Shown in pieces: positions 11,481 to 24,624 of a stretch of 64,000 nucleotides of DNA. The stretch lies in the NCBI RefSeq assembly GCF_963921235.1, contig NC_086098.1:2170001-2234000 (forward strand). Reading direction: 5' to 3'. Both the position numbers and the translations under genes were made by a program. Numbering within the stretch: position 1 is the first letter of the stretch; every line of letters starts with the position of its first letter. The notes beneath the pieces are model-generated. The model made no database searches, had not been told where the DNA came from, and was given only the letters and a program-made list of their open reading frames with translations. The stretch is from Mobula hypostoma. Lineage: Eukaryota.

Positions 11481-11648
11481 CCACTTGTCATCCCTCACAC
11501 CTCACTCAAGGAACAGTGTATCTACTGAATGAAATTTATGATAATTAAACCAAGAGCCTGTAAAAACTCGCAAAAATGACAGTTGTGGATTGGTGAAATA
11601 TCCCAAGAATGTTCATTCAGCTTGGAAAAGAACACAGTTGTAAATAGT

Positions 11649-12172
11649 AACACTTGAGATTCTGCAGATGTTGGAAATCCAGAGCAACACACACAAAATG
11701 TTGGAAGAACTCAGCGGGTCAGTCAGCATCTATGGAAATGAATAAACAGTCGGCGGTTTGGGTTGAGACCCTTCATTAGGATTAGAAAGGAAGGGGGCAG
11801 AAGCCATAATAAGAAGGTGAGGGGAGCGGAAGTATCCCCTTCTCACTCCATCTCCTCGCTTCACCTGCCCATCACCTTCCCATGATGCCTCTTCTCCTTC
11901 CCTTTCTTCCATGGCCCACTGCACTGTCCTATCAGATTCCTTGTTCTTTGGCCCTTTCCTTCTTCCACCTATTACCTTCCAGCTTCTTACTTCATCCACT
12001 CTCCCTGATCCACCTACGTTTCCCTTCACCTGGTCCCACCTTCTTACCCTGGCTTCCTCCCCCTTCCTTTCCATCCCTGATGAAGGGTCTCAGCCCAAAA
12101 CATCAACTGTATATTAACTTCCAAAGATGTTTCCTGATCTGCTGAGTTCCTCCAGTATCTTATGTGTGTTAC
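11649..12172. mobile_element. PLE family A remnant with inverted terminal repeats and two degenerate hammerhead motifs
   Basis: Minus copy about 11649-11830 and plus copy ending 12172; motifs at 11748-11783 (-) and 12073-12108 (+). Confidence 0.8.
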
Positions 12173-12367
12173 TGTTATAAACAGAAATAGTTATTTAAAA
12201 AAACGCAAAAAGTTAATGCCATTCAAGAAACAGCATAACAATTGTATTCAGGCAATCCTTTATCAGAATGAATTTTCAAAATAATTTCAATCAGTCACAA
12301 AATAATATTAATGAACCTTAACCTTTCAAATTTGACTAATTTTTATTTGACCTGCAAGTCTTCTTGT

Positions 12368-12732
12368 ATTATGGACAGGCTAGATGCAGGAAGATTGTTC
12401 CCGATGTTGGGGAAGTCCAGAACGAGGGGCCACAGTTTGAGGATAGAAGGGAAGCCTTTTAGGACCGAGATTAGGAAAAACTTCTTCACACAGAGAGTGG
12501 TGAATCTGTGGAATTATCTGCCACAGGAAACAGTTGAGGCCAGTTCATTGGCTATATTTAAGAGGGAGTTAGATATGGCCCTTGTGGCTATGGGGGTCAG
12601 CGGGTATGGAGGAAAGGCTGGGGTGGGGTTCTGAGTTGGATGATCAGCCATGATCATAATAAATGGCGGTGCAGGCTCGAAGGGCCGAATGGCCTACTCC
12701 TGCACCTATTTTCTATGTTTCTATGTTTCTAT
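12368..12732 (+). mobile_element. CR1 3' end
   Basis: RTRGHSLRI, NFFTQRVVNLWN; (ttctatgt)n tail. Confidence 0.9.
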
Positions 12733-13739
12733 ATAATTAATAATGACTAATATTTTGAAACTGTTCCGATTCTGTTATTCAATGACTTGATCAACCACAG
12801 AATATGAATCATTCCTTTAATTAGCTCTTGCTCTTTAGTACCACACAAAAGCTAAGGGCATAAAGCAATTGGCATAAAAGTTTTCTTAATTAATTTATCT
12901 TTTCATTTGAGTAACCAAGAGCGCAGTCCAGGGATCATTTATAACTCCAGGAAGTCTATTTTAAAAATACAGTATTGTCAAGGGGAATTAATAATAGTGA
13001 GTGTTAGTCTCCACAGCCAAGTACAAAATTGTATTGTTTCAAATAAGAACTAAACCCTCAATAATAACGGGCTCTGCATTAAATCTGATTGCAATAAAAT
13101 GCTTTATTGACCCAAATCATTTTCATCACACTCTCTGGAGAGATTTCAAAAGCTCTTTTGCCATTTACTTTGCTTTAGTTTCCAACAGTAATCAAGCATT
13201 TCTTTAAGGATTGGCCCATAGTGATGAATTGTTAGAGCTTACAACCATTGGAAAAACGTTTGCTTCTTCAAGATGATAACGAAAGCGAGCATGTGGGGAC
13301 AGGGATCAGCAATGTGAAGTGCTGCTGAAGAATATTAATCTTTAGTTGATGAGAAGCCAAGGTCGTGGAATTGAGATTTAAAAATTATGCAATTAGTTCA
13401 GTAATACTATAGTTAAGTTCAGGTTCAAGTTCAGCTGTCATTCAACCATCCACATGAATAGAGACATATGAAACAGTGTTCCCCTGGAGCCAAGCTGCAA
13501 AACACAGTCACACACAGCACACGGCACAAATAGCATGTATAATCACGACAGCAGAAAAGCAAAAGTCCCTGAGTGTCTAGGCCTGTAGATTGATGGTGCA
13601 TGGGGCATGTGATTTGGCCAGAAACCACGTTTCTGTAAGAACAAGTAGTGCTCTTCATGGTCTCGAATGGCATGGTGAAAAATAATGATCAGAGGACCGT
13701 GTAGGCAGGAGGCATGAGGGCCAGTGACATTCATAAGTC

Positions 13740-14350
13740 AGCAAGTCCTGGGATCAGAGGTCCATGTGAGTCCGTGATTCGAGGCCTGGAGTTCAAGATC
13801 CCATGATCGATGAGTCTCGCGTCAAAACCAAAGATTGAAAACCAGAGTTGGCAAGTCTGCACGTCTAGTTCCAATGGTCAAAACCCTGGAATTGGCAAGT
13901 CTGCACGTCCAGTTCCAATGGTCAAAACCCTGGAATTGGCAAGTCTGCACGTCCAGTTCCAATGGTCAAAACCCTGGAATTGGCAAGTCTGCACGTCCAG
14001 TTCCAATGGTCAAAACCCTGGAATTGGCAAGTCTGCATGTATAGGTCCAAGGGTCAAAACCCCAAAGTTGGTGAGTCTGCAAGTCTAGGTTCAATGGTCA
14101 AAACCTCGGAGTTGGGGAGTCTGGATGTCAGAGGGCTAATGCCTCCAGGTCTTGGCCAGGGACTGGAGGTTGGAGGCCCAGAGGCAGACTGTCCTGCCTG
14201 TGTGAGAGTGGGTGAGAGGGAGGAACTGGGCTTGTTTTGCTGTTGATGTTTTTTGTACTGTTGTTTGCATTGTTCTGTGAAACAATGTGGCCATGCTATA
14301 TTGGCGGCAGAATGTGTAGGTGAAACTTACAGGCTTCCCACACAACATCC
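13740..14350 (+). repeat. Repeat with a 44-bp minisatellite (13848-14125) and conserved tail, same family as 1661-2210
   Basis: ttggcaagtctgcacgtccagttccaatggtcaaaaccctggaa at 44-bp spacing from 13848; central copies identical. Confidence 0.85.
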
Positions 14351-14355
14351 TTAAA

Positions 14356-14970
14356 CTTCAAAGTTCAATGTAAATATATTATCAAAATACATACATGTCA
14401 CCATTTACATCCCAGAGATTTATTTTCCTGTGGGCATTCAGGGTAGAACAAAGAAATACAGTAGAATCAGTGAAAAACTACACGCAAAGACTGGTAAACA
14501 ACTAACGTGCCAAAGACAAATTGTGTAAAAGGAGACAATCTGTGAAAGCACAAAAATAATTCAATCAATCAATCAATCAATAAATAAATAAATAAATTAC
14601 AATTGAGAATCCTTAAAAGTGAGCCCTTAGGTTGTGAAATCAGTTCACTGTTGAGGTGAATGAAGTTATCCACTCTGGTTTAGGAGCCTGATTGTTAAGG
14701 AATAATAACTCTTCCTGAACCTGGTGGTGTGGGTCCTGAGGCTCCTGTATCTCCTTCCCAATGGCAGAAGTGAGAAGAGAGCATGGCCTGGGTGGGTCTT
14801 GATGATGGATGCTGCTTCCCTGTGACAGAGCTCCATGCAGATGTGCTCAGTAGTGGGAGGGTTTTGCCTGTGATGGACTGGGCTGTCTCCACTACTTTCT
14901 GTTAGCTTTTTCATTCCTGGGCTTTGGTGTCTCCATAGCAGGCCAAGAAACAACCAATCTGGATACACTG
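14356..14970 (-). mobile_element. Rex1/Babar-type LINE 3' end
   Basis: HPGHALFSLLPLGRRYRSLRTHTTRFRKSYYSLTIRLLN plus tail. Confidence 0.8.
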
Positions 14971-15052
14971 AGCATCTTCAGAGGCTGAGGTCCTTTATCA
15001 GATTTGAGAAGGACGTCAGCCCAAAATGTTGACAGTCTATTCCGCTCCAGAG

Positions 15053-15455
15053 ATTAGATTAGATTAGATTCAACTTTATTGTCATTGTGCTGAGTACAGA
15101 TATAAAGCCGATGAAATGCAGGTAGCATCTGACCAGAAATGCAAAGAATAATGTTATTTACAAAACAACTGCGAATAAAAAGTAAGTGCTTCAGCACACA
15201 AATATAAAAGTACTGAGACAGTACAATATGGGTGCAATACTGCTTAGCGCTGTGATGAGAGGTTCAGCAGGGTCACAGCCTCAGGGAAGAAGTTCTTCCT
15301 GTGCCTGCTGATGTGGGAGCAGAGGCTCCTAAAGCACTTACCGGATGGGAGGAGAGTAAAAAGTCCATGGTTAGGGTGAGATGCATCCCAGATAATGCTT
15401 TTCGCCCTGCCCAGGCAGCATTTATGGTAGATGTTCTCAATGGTGGGCAATGGTT
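15053..15455 (-). mobile_element. Rex1/Babar-type 3' end inserted into a PLE terminal repeat
   Basis: HPNHGLFTLLPSGK...FFPEAVTLLN; (AATCT)n tail; PLE halves at about 14975-15052 and 15456-15510. Confidence 0.8.
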
Positions 15456-15764
15456 AGATGCTATATGACCTGCTGAGTTCCTCCAGAATTTTATGTGTGT
15501 TGCTCTGGCCAGTAGACCAGAGGGTACATACTGTATGTCAAGCCTGGTCACAGTCTGTCGAAAGGTATTGAGGGAGGGCAATTGTCACAGTTTTTAAGAT
15601 ACAACTGGACAGGAACTTGAATTGCCAAGTAGTAGGTGAATGACCAAGTACTGAAAAATGGGATGAGATGACCCATATAAACATGATGGAGTAAAGACCC
15701 TGTTTTAGGGTTCTATCACCTTATGAGTCTAATGTGACTGTAGAATGGAATGCATTACCCACAA

Positions 15765-15925
15765 AATGCAAGAGAAACTCAGCGGGCCAGGTGGCATTTA
15801 TAGCAGAAAACAGTCAACTTTTCTGACTCATCACCAAGATCCGATTCCTGATGAAGGGTCTTCACTTGAAATATCAACTGTTCATTTCCGTCCATAGGCA
15901 CTGCTTGACCTGTTGAATTCCGCTG
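15765..15925. mobile_element. Degenerate PLE family A inverted pair
   Basis: cctgatgaagggtc...gaaatatcaactg preceded by a decayed inverted copy. Confidence 0.6.
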
Positions 15926-15964
15926 GCCTATAGACCAGAAGGGATGACAAAATGAATACACTTG

Positions 15965-16720
15965 AAGGGGACTGGAATATAAAAGTAAGGATATGATGCT
16001 GAAGCATTATAATCCATTAGTCAGATCGCACTTGGAGTATTGTGAGAACTTTTAGGCGCCTTATCTAAGAAAGTATGTGCTGGTATCAGAGAGTGTTGAG
16101 ATTCTAGAGGAAGTTCACAAAAATTAAGGGTTAATGTAAAAGGGTTAATGTATGAGGAGCATGTGATGGCACTGTACCTTTGGTCGCTGGCATTTAGAAG
16201 AATGAGGGGGATCTTACTGAAACCTTTCGAATGTTGGAAGGCCTGCATAGAGTGGATGTGGAAAGGATGTTTGTATAGTGGACGAGTCTAGGACCAGAGA
16301 CCACAGCCTCAGAACAGAGGGATGTCCATTTAGAACAGAGATAAAGAGGAATTTCTTTAGCCAGAGACCATAAGACCATGAGATATCAGAGCAGATTTGG
16401 GCATTAGGCCCATCAAGTTTGCTCCACTATTTCTTCGTGGCTGATCCAATTTTCCTCTCTGCCCCAATCTCCTGCCTCCTCTCTGTACCCTTCATGTCCT
16501 GAGCAGAGGGCAGTGAATCTATGGAATTGTTTGCAACATATAGCCGTGGAGGCCAACTCATTGGGTATATTTAAAGTGGAGGCTGATAGGTTCTTTATTC
16601 GTAAGGGTATTAAAGGTTACAGGGAGAAGGTCGGAGAATGGGGTTGAGAGGGATAATAAGTTAGCCATGATGGAATGGACTGACTGACCAAATTCTGCTC
16701 CTATGGATTATGGTCTTGTG
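15965..16720 (+). mobile_element. CR1 3' fragment with an antisense CR1 tail inserted (about 16366-16500)
   Basis: Degenerate LVRSHLEYC and RRMRGDL motifs; 3' UTR. Confidence 0.8.
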
Positions 16721-16904
16721 TTCACTCAACCAGTGATGACTGGGAAGAATGGATGTTGATTACCCACCTCTTCAGCATTCTTGTGATACTGGTGCAGAAT
16801 TTTGAACAAGGACTGAAAGTAAAGAAGTGTGCTCTTGGGCCAAACAAGTGATTCAGGGATCCTCCAGAAACTGGAGAAGTTTTGTCCTGAGGCCACTGAA
16901 ATAC

Positions 16905-17330
16905 TTTGTCCAGTGAAATTCCTGAGGATTTTAGAATTGATTATAAAGTTCTCTTACTTGTCCTTAAAGCTCTCATTGGTCTGGGACCAGAATACGTCAC
17001 AGAATCACTTTTGTTTTATAATCCTGCTCGAGTTCTATGGTCTTCTCCAGCCAGTCTCTTAAATTTAAACAATCTCCCTCAAAAGATAATTGACAGGTCA
17101 GCTTTTTGAATTATGCTCCTAAACTGTGGAATTCAATACCTAACACTATAGAGGATACAAACTCAGTTGACACATTTGATAACCAGCTCAAAACCTATTT
17201 ATTTAATTTTGCTTCTAACTGACATCTTTTTTGTCTTTTATTTTCATGTTTGCAATTTATCCCTTTGTAGAGCACTTTGAACTACAATGTGTGTGTGAAA
17301 AGTGCTTCATAAATTAGTTGTTGTTATTAT
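16905..17330 (+). mobile_element. L2-type LINE 3' end
   Basis: FRIDYKVLLLVLKALIGLGPEYVTESLLFYNPARVLWSS matches the L2 C-terminal pattern; (tta)n tail. Confidence 0.75.
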
Positions 17331-17344
17331 TTTTATTTTTTCTC

Positions 17345-17845
17345 GATATGTTGGGACCGGGATAGATCCTCAGAGATCTTGACGCCCAGGAACTTGAAAC
17401 TGCTCACTCTCTCCACTTCTGATCCCTTTATGAGGATTGGTATGTGTTCCTTTGTCTTACCTTTCCTAAAGTCCACAATCAGCTCTTTCGTCTTACTGAC
17501 GTTGAGTGCCAGGTTGTTGCTGCGACACCACTCCCCTAGTTGGCATATCTCCTGTATGCCCTCTCGTCACCACCTGAGACTCTACCAACAATGGTTGTAT
17601 CATGAGCAAATTTATAGATGGTATTTGAGCTATGCCTATCCACATAGTCATGTGTATATAGAGAGTAGAGCAATGGGCTAAGCACACACCCCTGATATGC
17701 ACCAATGTTGATCATCAGTGAGGTGGAAATATTATCACCAATCCGCACAGATTGTGGTCTTCCGGTTAGGAAGTTGAGGATCCAATTGCAGAGAGAGGTA
17801 CAGAGACCCAGGTTCTGCAACTTCTCAATCAGGATTGTGGGAAAC
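17345..17845 (-). mobile_element. Rex1/Babar RT core fragment
   Basis: [19 protein letters not shown]...[16 protein letters not shown]...[10 protein letters not shown]. Confidence 0.88.
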
Positions 17846-18619
17846 CTAATTATTATTTTTTTTTCTCCATTGCTGGTGTTGCTTTAAAAATGAAGTAGTT
17901 CTGTTGTTTTTATTGCTGCAGTTGATTACCCACTGAAGTTCCAGAGATTTTTGTTGACTGTCAACAAAAATGAATCTCAAGATTGTATACGGATACATAC
18001 TTTGACAATAAATTTACCTTGAACTTTGAACCCTCAAGTTCCAGAGGAACATGCATGGAGAGATCTCAACACGGTTTCACTTTGTTCATTATATTACTGT
18101 TCAGTAGAGTTCAAAGACAGTATTTACAATTACAAATGTGGCTTGATGGATTGTGAAAGGCATCCTGAAACTTACATCAAATACATTTTATGAACTGTGA
18201 AGCAACCAGACGAGTACGAGATTTACCTGCACAAAATGACAATGGAGAGTTCTCTTAAAAAACTGCTTGACAAGATGGAAAATTGCCCTAGAATGACCTT
18301 GATTCTGGCAAAGGAGAGGTTTGCTGACAACTACACAAAATTTAGTTTCAATTACACCCCCTCAACAAATAAAGCCGCACATGCTTGCATGAGGTAAAGC
18401 CGGGATGGTATTCAGACACGGGCAAGTAAGTGACAAGTAGAAGATGTGAGGCACATAAAAGCATAAGGCAATGACCACCTCCAAGGAGAGGACCATGGGT
18501 ATCTTTTCCACCACCTCCAAAGAGAGGACCTCTGCTGAGGGGACCATCAGTCCCTCCTCCAACCATGAAAGATATTCATCTAGGGCACTGCGGACGTAGG
18601 GACTTAGCATTGACAGTGA

Positions 18620-18870
18620 TCTTCCTATCTGTTCAACAATCTCTTTGAAGCCCCTGTCATCATGCAGGAGGTACTACAGCAAGAGGGCAAGGACTGATAG
18701 TATGGGAAACAGCTTCTTCTCCTAGGCCATAAGACTACTGAACTGCTTGCCACCATCCAGGTCACTTCGCATATGAAGCACCTATAGCTTTATACTGTTA
18801 GTTTTCGACTTGTGTCATAGATGCAGTGAATTATTTGTTAATTTCTTTGTGGTAACATTACTCTTTGTGT
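18620..18870 (+). mobile_element. Degenerate Rex1-type 3' end
   Basis: RRYYSKRARTDSMGNSFFS*AIRLLN-like translation. Confidence 0.6.
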
Positions 18871-18871
18871 T

Positions 18872-21160
18872 ATAAGACCATAAGGTATAGGAGCAGAATT
18901 AGGCCTTTTAGCTCATCGTGTCTGCTCTGCAATTTCATCAATGCTGATCCATTTTCCTCTCAGCCCCAATCTCCTGCCTTCGCCATCTAACCCAGTCATG
19001 CCCTAACCAATCAAGAATCTATCAGCCTTTGCCTTATGTAAGCATAAAGACAACCTCCATAGCTGCTTGTGGCAAAGAATTCCACAGATTCACCACCCTC
19101 TGGCTTAAGACACTTCTCCTCATTTCCATTCTAAAAGAACGCCCCTCTCTTCCGAGTCTGTGTCCTCTGATCTTAAACACTTCCACATCCACTTTGGCAA
19201 GGCCTTTCACCATTCAATAGGTTTCAATGAAGTTACCCTAATTCTTCTGAATTCCAGTGAATACAGGCCGAGCCTTCAGAAGCTCTTCAGATGACAAGCC
19301 AGTCAATCTGGATCATTTTTGTGAACTTCCTTTGAAGCATCTCCAGTTTCAGTAAAATAAGGGGCCTAAAACGGCTCACATTACTCCAAGTGAGGCCACA
19401 CCAGTGCTTTATAAAGTTTTAACGCTCCATCTTTGCTTTTATATTCTAGTCCTCTTCAAGATGATTGCCAGCATTACCTTTGCCTTCCTCACCAAAGTCT
19501 CAACCTGCAATTTAACCTCAGGAAATCCTGCACAGAGACTCCAAAGTACCTTTGCATCTCATTTTTTTTTGTCTTTTCTCACCATTCAGAAAATAGTCAA
19601 CCCTTTCATTTTCTCTAGCAAAGTGCACGACTATACATGTCCTGACATTGTATTCCATCTGCCATTGCTTTGCCCATTTTCCTAATCTGACTAAGTTCAT
19701 CTGTAGCTTCTCTACTTCCTCAAAACTACCTGCACCTCCAGCTATCTTCATATCATAGTCATAGTCATACGTTATTGATCCCGGGGGAAATTGGTTAAAT
19801 ATCATCTGCAAAACTTTGTAACAAAGCCAACAATTCCATCATCCAAATCATTGACATATAATGTAAAAAAATTAATCCCAAAAAAGAGCGCAGTAGAACA
19901 CCACTAATCACACGGTCAGAAAAAGCTCCCTTTACTTCACTCTTTGCCTCCTGCCAATCAGCCACTGCTTTATCCATGCTAGAATCTTTCTTGTAAACCC
20001 ATGGGCTCCAAGATTGTTATGTAGCCTCATTGTCAACGGCTGAAAATCCATGTATACAAGATCAACCAATTCTTCATTGTCTATCCTGCTTGTTGTTTTT
20101 AGAAATAATTCCAATAGATTTATCAGGCAAGATTTACCCTTGAGGAAACCATGTTGACCACAGTCTATTTTATCATGTTCCTCCAAATTTACAAGGATGT
20201 TGCCTGGATTTGGGGAGCATGTCTTCTGAGAATAGGTTGAGTGAACTCGGCCTTTTCTGCTTGGATCGACGGAGGAGGAGAGGTGACCTGATAGAGGTGT
20301 ACAAAATAATGAGAAGCATTGATCATAGAGATAGTCAGAGGCTTTTCCCCAGTGCTGAAATGGCTAGCACGAGAGGGCATAGTTTTAAGGTGCTTGGAAG
20401 AAGGTACAGGGGAAATGTCAGGGGTACGTTTTTTACACAGACAGTGGTGAGTGCGTGGAATGGGCTGTCAGCGGTGGTGGTGGAGGTGGAAACGATAGGG
20501 TCTTTTAAGAGACTCCTGGATAGCTACATGGAGTTTAGAAGAATAGAGGACTATGGGTAAAGCTGAGGTAGTTCTAAGGTAGGGACATGTTCTGCACAGC
20601 TTTGTGGGCCTAAGGGCCTGTATTGCGCTGTAGGTTTTCTAAGTTTCTAAATATTCTGAGACCTCATCCTTAATAATCAACTTCAACACCTTGACTAACT
20701 CTGATTAACTGGGCTCCATCATTTTGTGTGTGTTGCTGGGATTTCCAGCATCTGCAGACTTTCTCTTGTTTGTGATTATCCTATAGTTTCCTTTCTTCTG
20801 CCCTTTTCCCTTTTTGAAGTGTGGAGTGACATTTGCAACTTCTATTCTTCCGAACTATTCCAGAATCTGGTGATCTGAAAAAACTTTTGGTATCCTCTTT
20901 AATTTATTGGCTAGCTTACTTTTGTATTCCACTTTGCTTTTTTAATGACTTTTTTAGCTGCCTTCTGTTCCCAATCCTCTAAATTCCCACTAATCTTTGC
21001 TCTATTATGTGCCCACTCTTTGGCATTCATGTTAGCTTTGACTTCTATTGTATCTTTCCTTTAGAATACCTTTTCCTCTTTGGGATGTAGATATCCATTG
21101 CCTTCTGAATTGCTTCCAGAAATTCAAACCGTTGCTGCTCTGCTGTCATCCCTGCCAGTG
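18872..21160 (-). mobile_element. Old CR1 LINE with nested inserts
   Basis: QHGFLKGKSCLINLLE, WQMEYN; many disruptions; PLE fragment near 20715-20775. Confidence 0.85.
20187..20650 (+). mobile_element. CR1 3' end nested in the older CR1
   Basis: RRRRGDLIEVYKIM, FFTQTVVSAWNGL. Confidence 0.88.
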
Positions 21161-21164
21161 TTCT

Positions 21165-23425
21165 AGAAACATAGAAAACCTACAGCACAATACAGGCCAT
21201 TTGGCCCACAAAGCTGTGCCGAACATGTACTTACTTTAGAAATTACCTAAGGTTACCCATAGCCCTCTATTTTTCTGAGCTCCATGTACCTCTCCAGGAG
21301 CCTCTTAAAAGACCATAACGTGTCTGCCTCCACCACAGTTGCTGGCAGCCCATTCCACATACTCACCACCTTCTGCGTAAAAAACATACCCCTGACGTCC
21401 CCTCTGTACCTACTTCTAAGCACCTTAAAACTCCCCTCTCATGTTAGCCAATTCACCCTGGTTAAAAGCTATCTACAATGCCTCTCATCATCTTATACAC
21501 CTCTGTCAGGTCACCTCTCATCCTCCATTGCTCCAAGGAGAAAGGCCAAGTTCACTCAACCTATTCTCATAAGGCATGCTCCCCAATTCAGGCAACATCC
21601 TTGTAAATCTCCTCTGCACCCTTTCTATGGTTTCCACATCCTTCCTGTAGTGAGGCGACCAGAATTGAGCACAGTACTCCAAGTGGGGTCTGACTAGGGT
21701 CCTAGCTGCAACATTACCTTGCGGCTTTTAAACTCAATCCCACGGTTGATGAAGGCCAATGCACTATATACCTTCTTAACCACAGAGTCAACCTGCGCAG
21801 CAGCTTTGAGTGTCCTATGGGCACGGACCCTAAGATCCCTCTGATTCTCCACACTGCCAAGAGTCTTACCATTAATACTATACTCTGCCATCATATTTGA
21901 CCTACCAAAGTGAACCACCTTACACTTATCTGGGTTGAACTCCATCTGCCACTTCTCAGCCCAGTTTTGCATCCTATCTATGTCCCGCTGTATCCTCTGA
22001 CAGCCTCCCACACTAACCACAACACCCCCAATCTTTGTGTCATCAGCAAATTTACAAACCCATCTCTTCACTTCCTCATCCAGGTAATTTATAAAAATCA
22101 CAAAGAGAAGGGGTCCCAGAACAGATGCCTGAGGCACACAACTGGTTCGCCAACCTCCATGCAGAATATGACCCATTTACAACCACTCTTTGCCTTCTGT
22201 GGGCAAGCCAGTTCTGGATCCACAAAGCAATGTCTCTTTGTATCCCATGCCTCCTTACTTTATCAAAAAGTCTTGCATGGGGTACCTGATCAGATACCTT
22301 GCTGAAATCAACATACACTACATCTACTGCTTGACCTTCATCAACGTGTTTAGTCACATCCTCAAAAAATCCAATCAGGCTAGTAAGGCATGACATGCCT
22401 TTGACTATTCCTAGTCATTCCTAGGCTCAGTAACCACCTCCCTCACCTCCCACACCTCCCACAGTAGCCTGGGGTATATCGCGTCTGGTCCCATTGACTT
22501 ATCCAACTAGATGCTTTCCAAAAGCTCCAGCACTTCCTTTTTCTTAACCCTTACATACTGTTCGGGTCAAGTTTGACCCATTTTGACATTTAACAGCAGT
22601 AAAAACACCCTAAATGTCATTTTTTTTAGCTGAAATTTGATGACTTTTCCTAAAGTAACCCAAAATTCACAAAACTGAAAATATTTAAAAGTTTTATACT
22701 TTTGTACGGGTGCTACAAATTTTTGTACATTGAGGCTGTGACCTGTATCTATTGAAATGAATTTTAGATCTCTGAAACATTGATTATGGATTAATCACCC
22801 ATTTATTAATGTCAGATAGGCTATTTATACATTCTAAATAGATCTGTGGTTCAAAATTTGGTACAGACACTTGTTATGAGGGGATTCTTGAACCGGATCA
22901 AAATTGACCCGGACCATACTGTGAAGGTATAGAATATGAACAGGTTGCCTGGGTTAATGTCTGTATTCTCAAGCTTTTCAGTCCGCTGTAAGTCATTCCT
23001 ACAATCACCAAGATCCTTTTCCATAGTGAATACTGAAGCAAAGTATTCATTAAGTACCTCTGCTGTATTCTCCAGTTCCATACACACTTTTCCACTGTCA
23101 CACTTGATTGGTCCTATACTCTTACGTCTTATCCTCTTGCTCTTCACATAATTGTAGAATGCCTTGGGTTTTTTCTTAATCCTGCTCACCAAGGCCAACT
23201 CATGGCCCCTTCAGGCTCTCCTAATTTCATTCTTAATCTCCTTCCTGCTAGCCTTATAGTTTTCTCGATCTTTATTATTACCTAGTTTTTTTGAACCTTC
23301 ATAAGCTTTTCTTTTCTTCTTGACTAGATTTTCAACAGCCTTTGTACACCACAGTTCCTGTACCCTACCACCTTTCCCTGTCTCACTGGAATATACCTAT
23401 GCAGAACACCATGCATATATCCGCT
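21165..23425 (-). mobile_element. CR1 LINE ORF2 fragment
   Basis: PQASVLGPLLF, KFADDTK, VYVDFSK; 3' tail at 21165. Confidence 0.9.
22548..22953. mobile_element. Non-autonomous piggyBac-type DNA transposon (406 bp)
   Basis: TTAA|CCC...GGG|TTAA; the homologous CR1 at about 60774 has a single TTAA at this site; inverted subterminal cgggtcaa-tttga-cc motifs. Confidence 0.85.
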
Positions 23426-23460
23426 GATAATGAACCTTAACCTTTCAAAATTGACTAATT

Positions 23461-24300
23461 CGTCAGGTAGCAATCCTGAGATCACAACCCTGGAGGTCCT
23501 GCACTTTAACTAAGTACCTAACTCCCTGAACTCCCTATGATTAAACTTGTCACTTGTCCTACCCATGTCATTGGTACCTACGTGGACCATAACTTCTGGT
23601 TGTTCACCCTCCCACTTGAGAATGTTGAGGACTCGATCCTAGATATCCTGGACTCTGGCACCCGGGAGGCAACATACCATCCAGGAATCTTGTTCTTGCC
23701 ACAGAACCTCCTATCTGTTCCCCTAACTAAAGAATCCCTCTATCACTATATTGTGCCTCTTCCCATCTGCAACACAGAGGCAGACCCTGCCAGAGACCTG
23801 ACCTCCGTGACTTTCCTCTGTTAGATCATCTGCCCCGACTGTATCCAAAGTGATATGCCCATAGTTGAGGGGAATGGCCACAGGGGTACTCTGCACTGGC
23901 TCCACCCCTTTACCCTTTCTGACTGTCACCCAGTTTCCTGTATCCTGCACCTTAGGTGTAACCAGTTCTCTCTGTGTCTTCACAAACAAGAGAAAATCTG
24001 CAGATGCTGGAAATCCGAGCAACACAAGAAATGCTGACGGAATTCAGCGGGCCAGGCAGCACCTATGGATAAGTACAGTGGGGCCGAAACCCTTTGACAG
24101 GACACTCCATATGTCCTATCCATCACCCCTTCAGCCTCCTGAATGATCTGGAGTTCATCCAGTTCCAGCTCTAACTCCTTAATACAGTTTGTTAGAAGCT
24201 GCAGCTGGATGTACTTCTCACAGTTGTAGTTGTCAGGGGTACTGGAGGTCTCCCTGCCTTCCCACATCCCACAAGAGGAACATGAACATCTTTACCTGTC
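23461..24300 (-). mobile_element. CR1 ORF1 remnant (Zn-finger/leucine zipper and esterase), split by a PLE insert at about 23981-24104
   Basis: MWEGRETSSTPDNYNCEKYIQLQLL...ELELELDEL; WVTVRKGK; homologous to 50630-51390. Confidence 0.8.
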
Positions 24301-24624
24301 ATCTTTACCTAGCTGAGCAGCTATAAAGAGAAGAAAAAAACGTCAGCTTTGCTTTCTCTGAGTGAAACCTCCTTTTGCTGAAGCCTCAAAGAGCTAAAGC
24401 CTGAAGATGGCCTTTCTGACTATACCCACTCCAATGAGGGCTGTGCAATGATGACCCGTTGCGACTGATATGTTATGTATGAGTTATATGTACTTGGTCC
24501 AGAGGAAGTTGTTTCGTTTGGCGGTATACATGTGAATGGTTGAATGACAATAAATTGTACTTGGTCCGGGGGAACATTGTTTCATTTAGCTGCATACATG
24601 TGTATATGGTTGAATGACAATAAA

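Noticed and set aside
13848..14125. Regularly spaced repeats resembling a CRISPR array (also 1661-1965, 3061-3187, 11248-11480, 25655-25928)
   Set aside because: Units are head-to-tail with no unique spacers, there are no cas genes, and the context is eukaryotic; these are minisatellites
18176..18304. Possible minus-strand exons (51 nt and 78 nt)
   Set aside because: The 51-nt version has stops in all frames; the 78-nt version is unrecognisable and does not fit the phase-1 join between the stronger candidates
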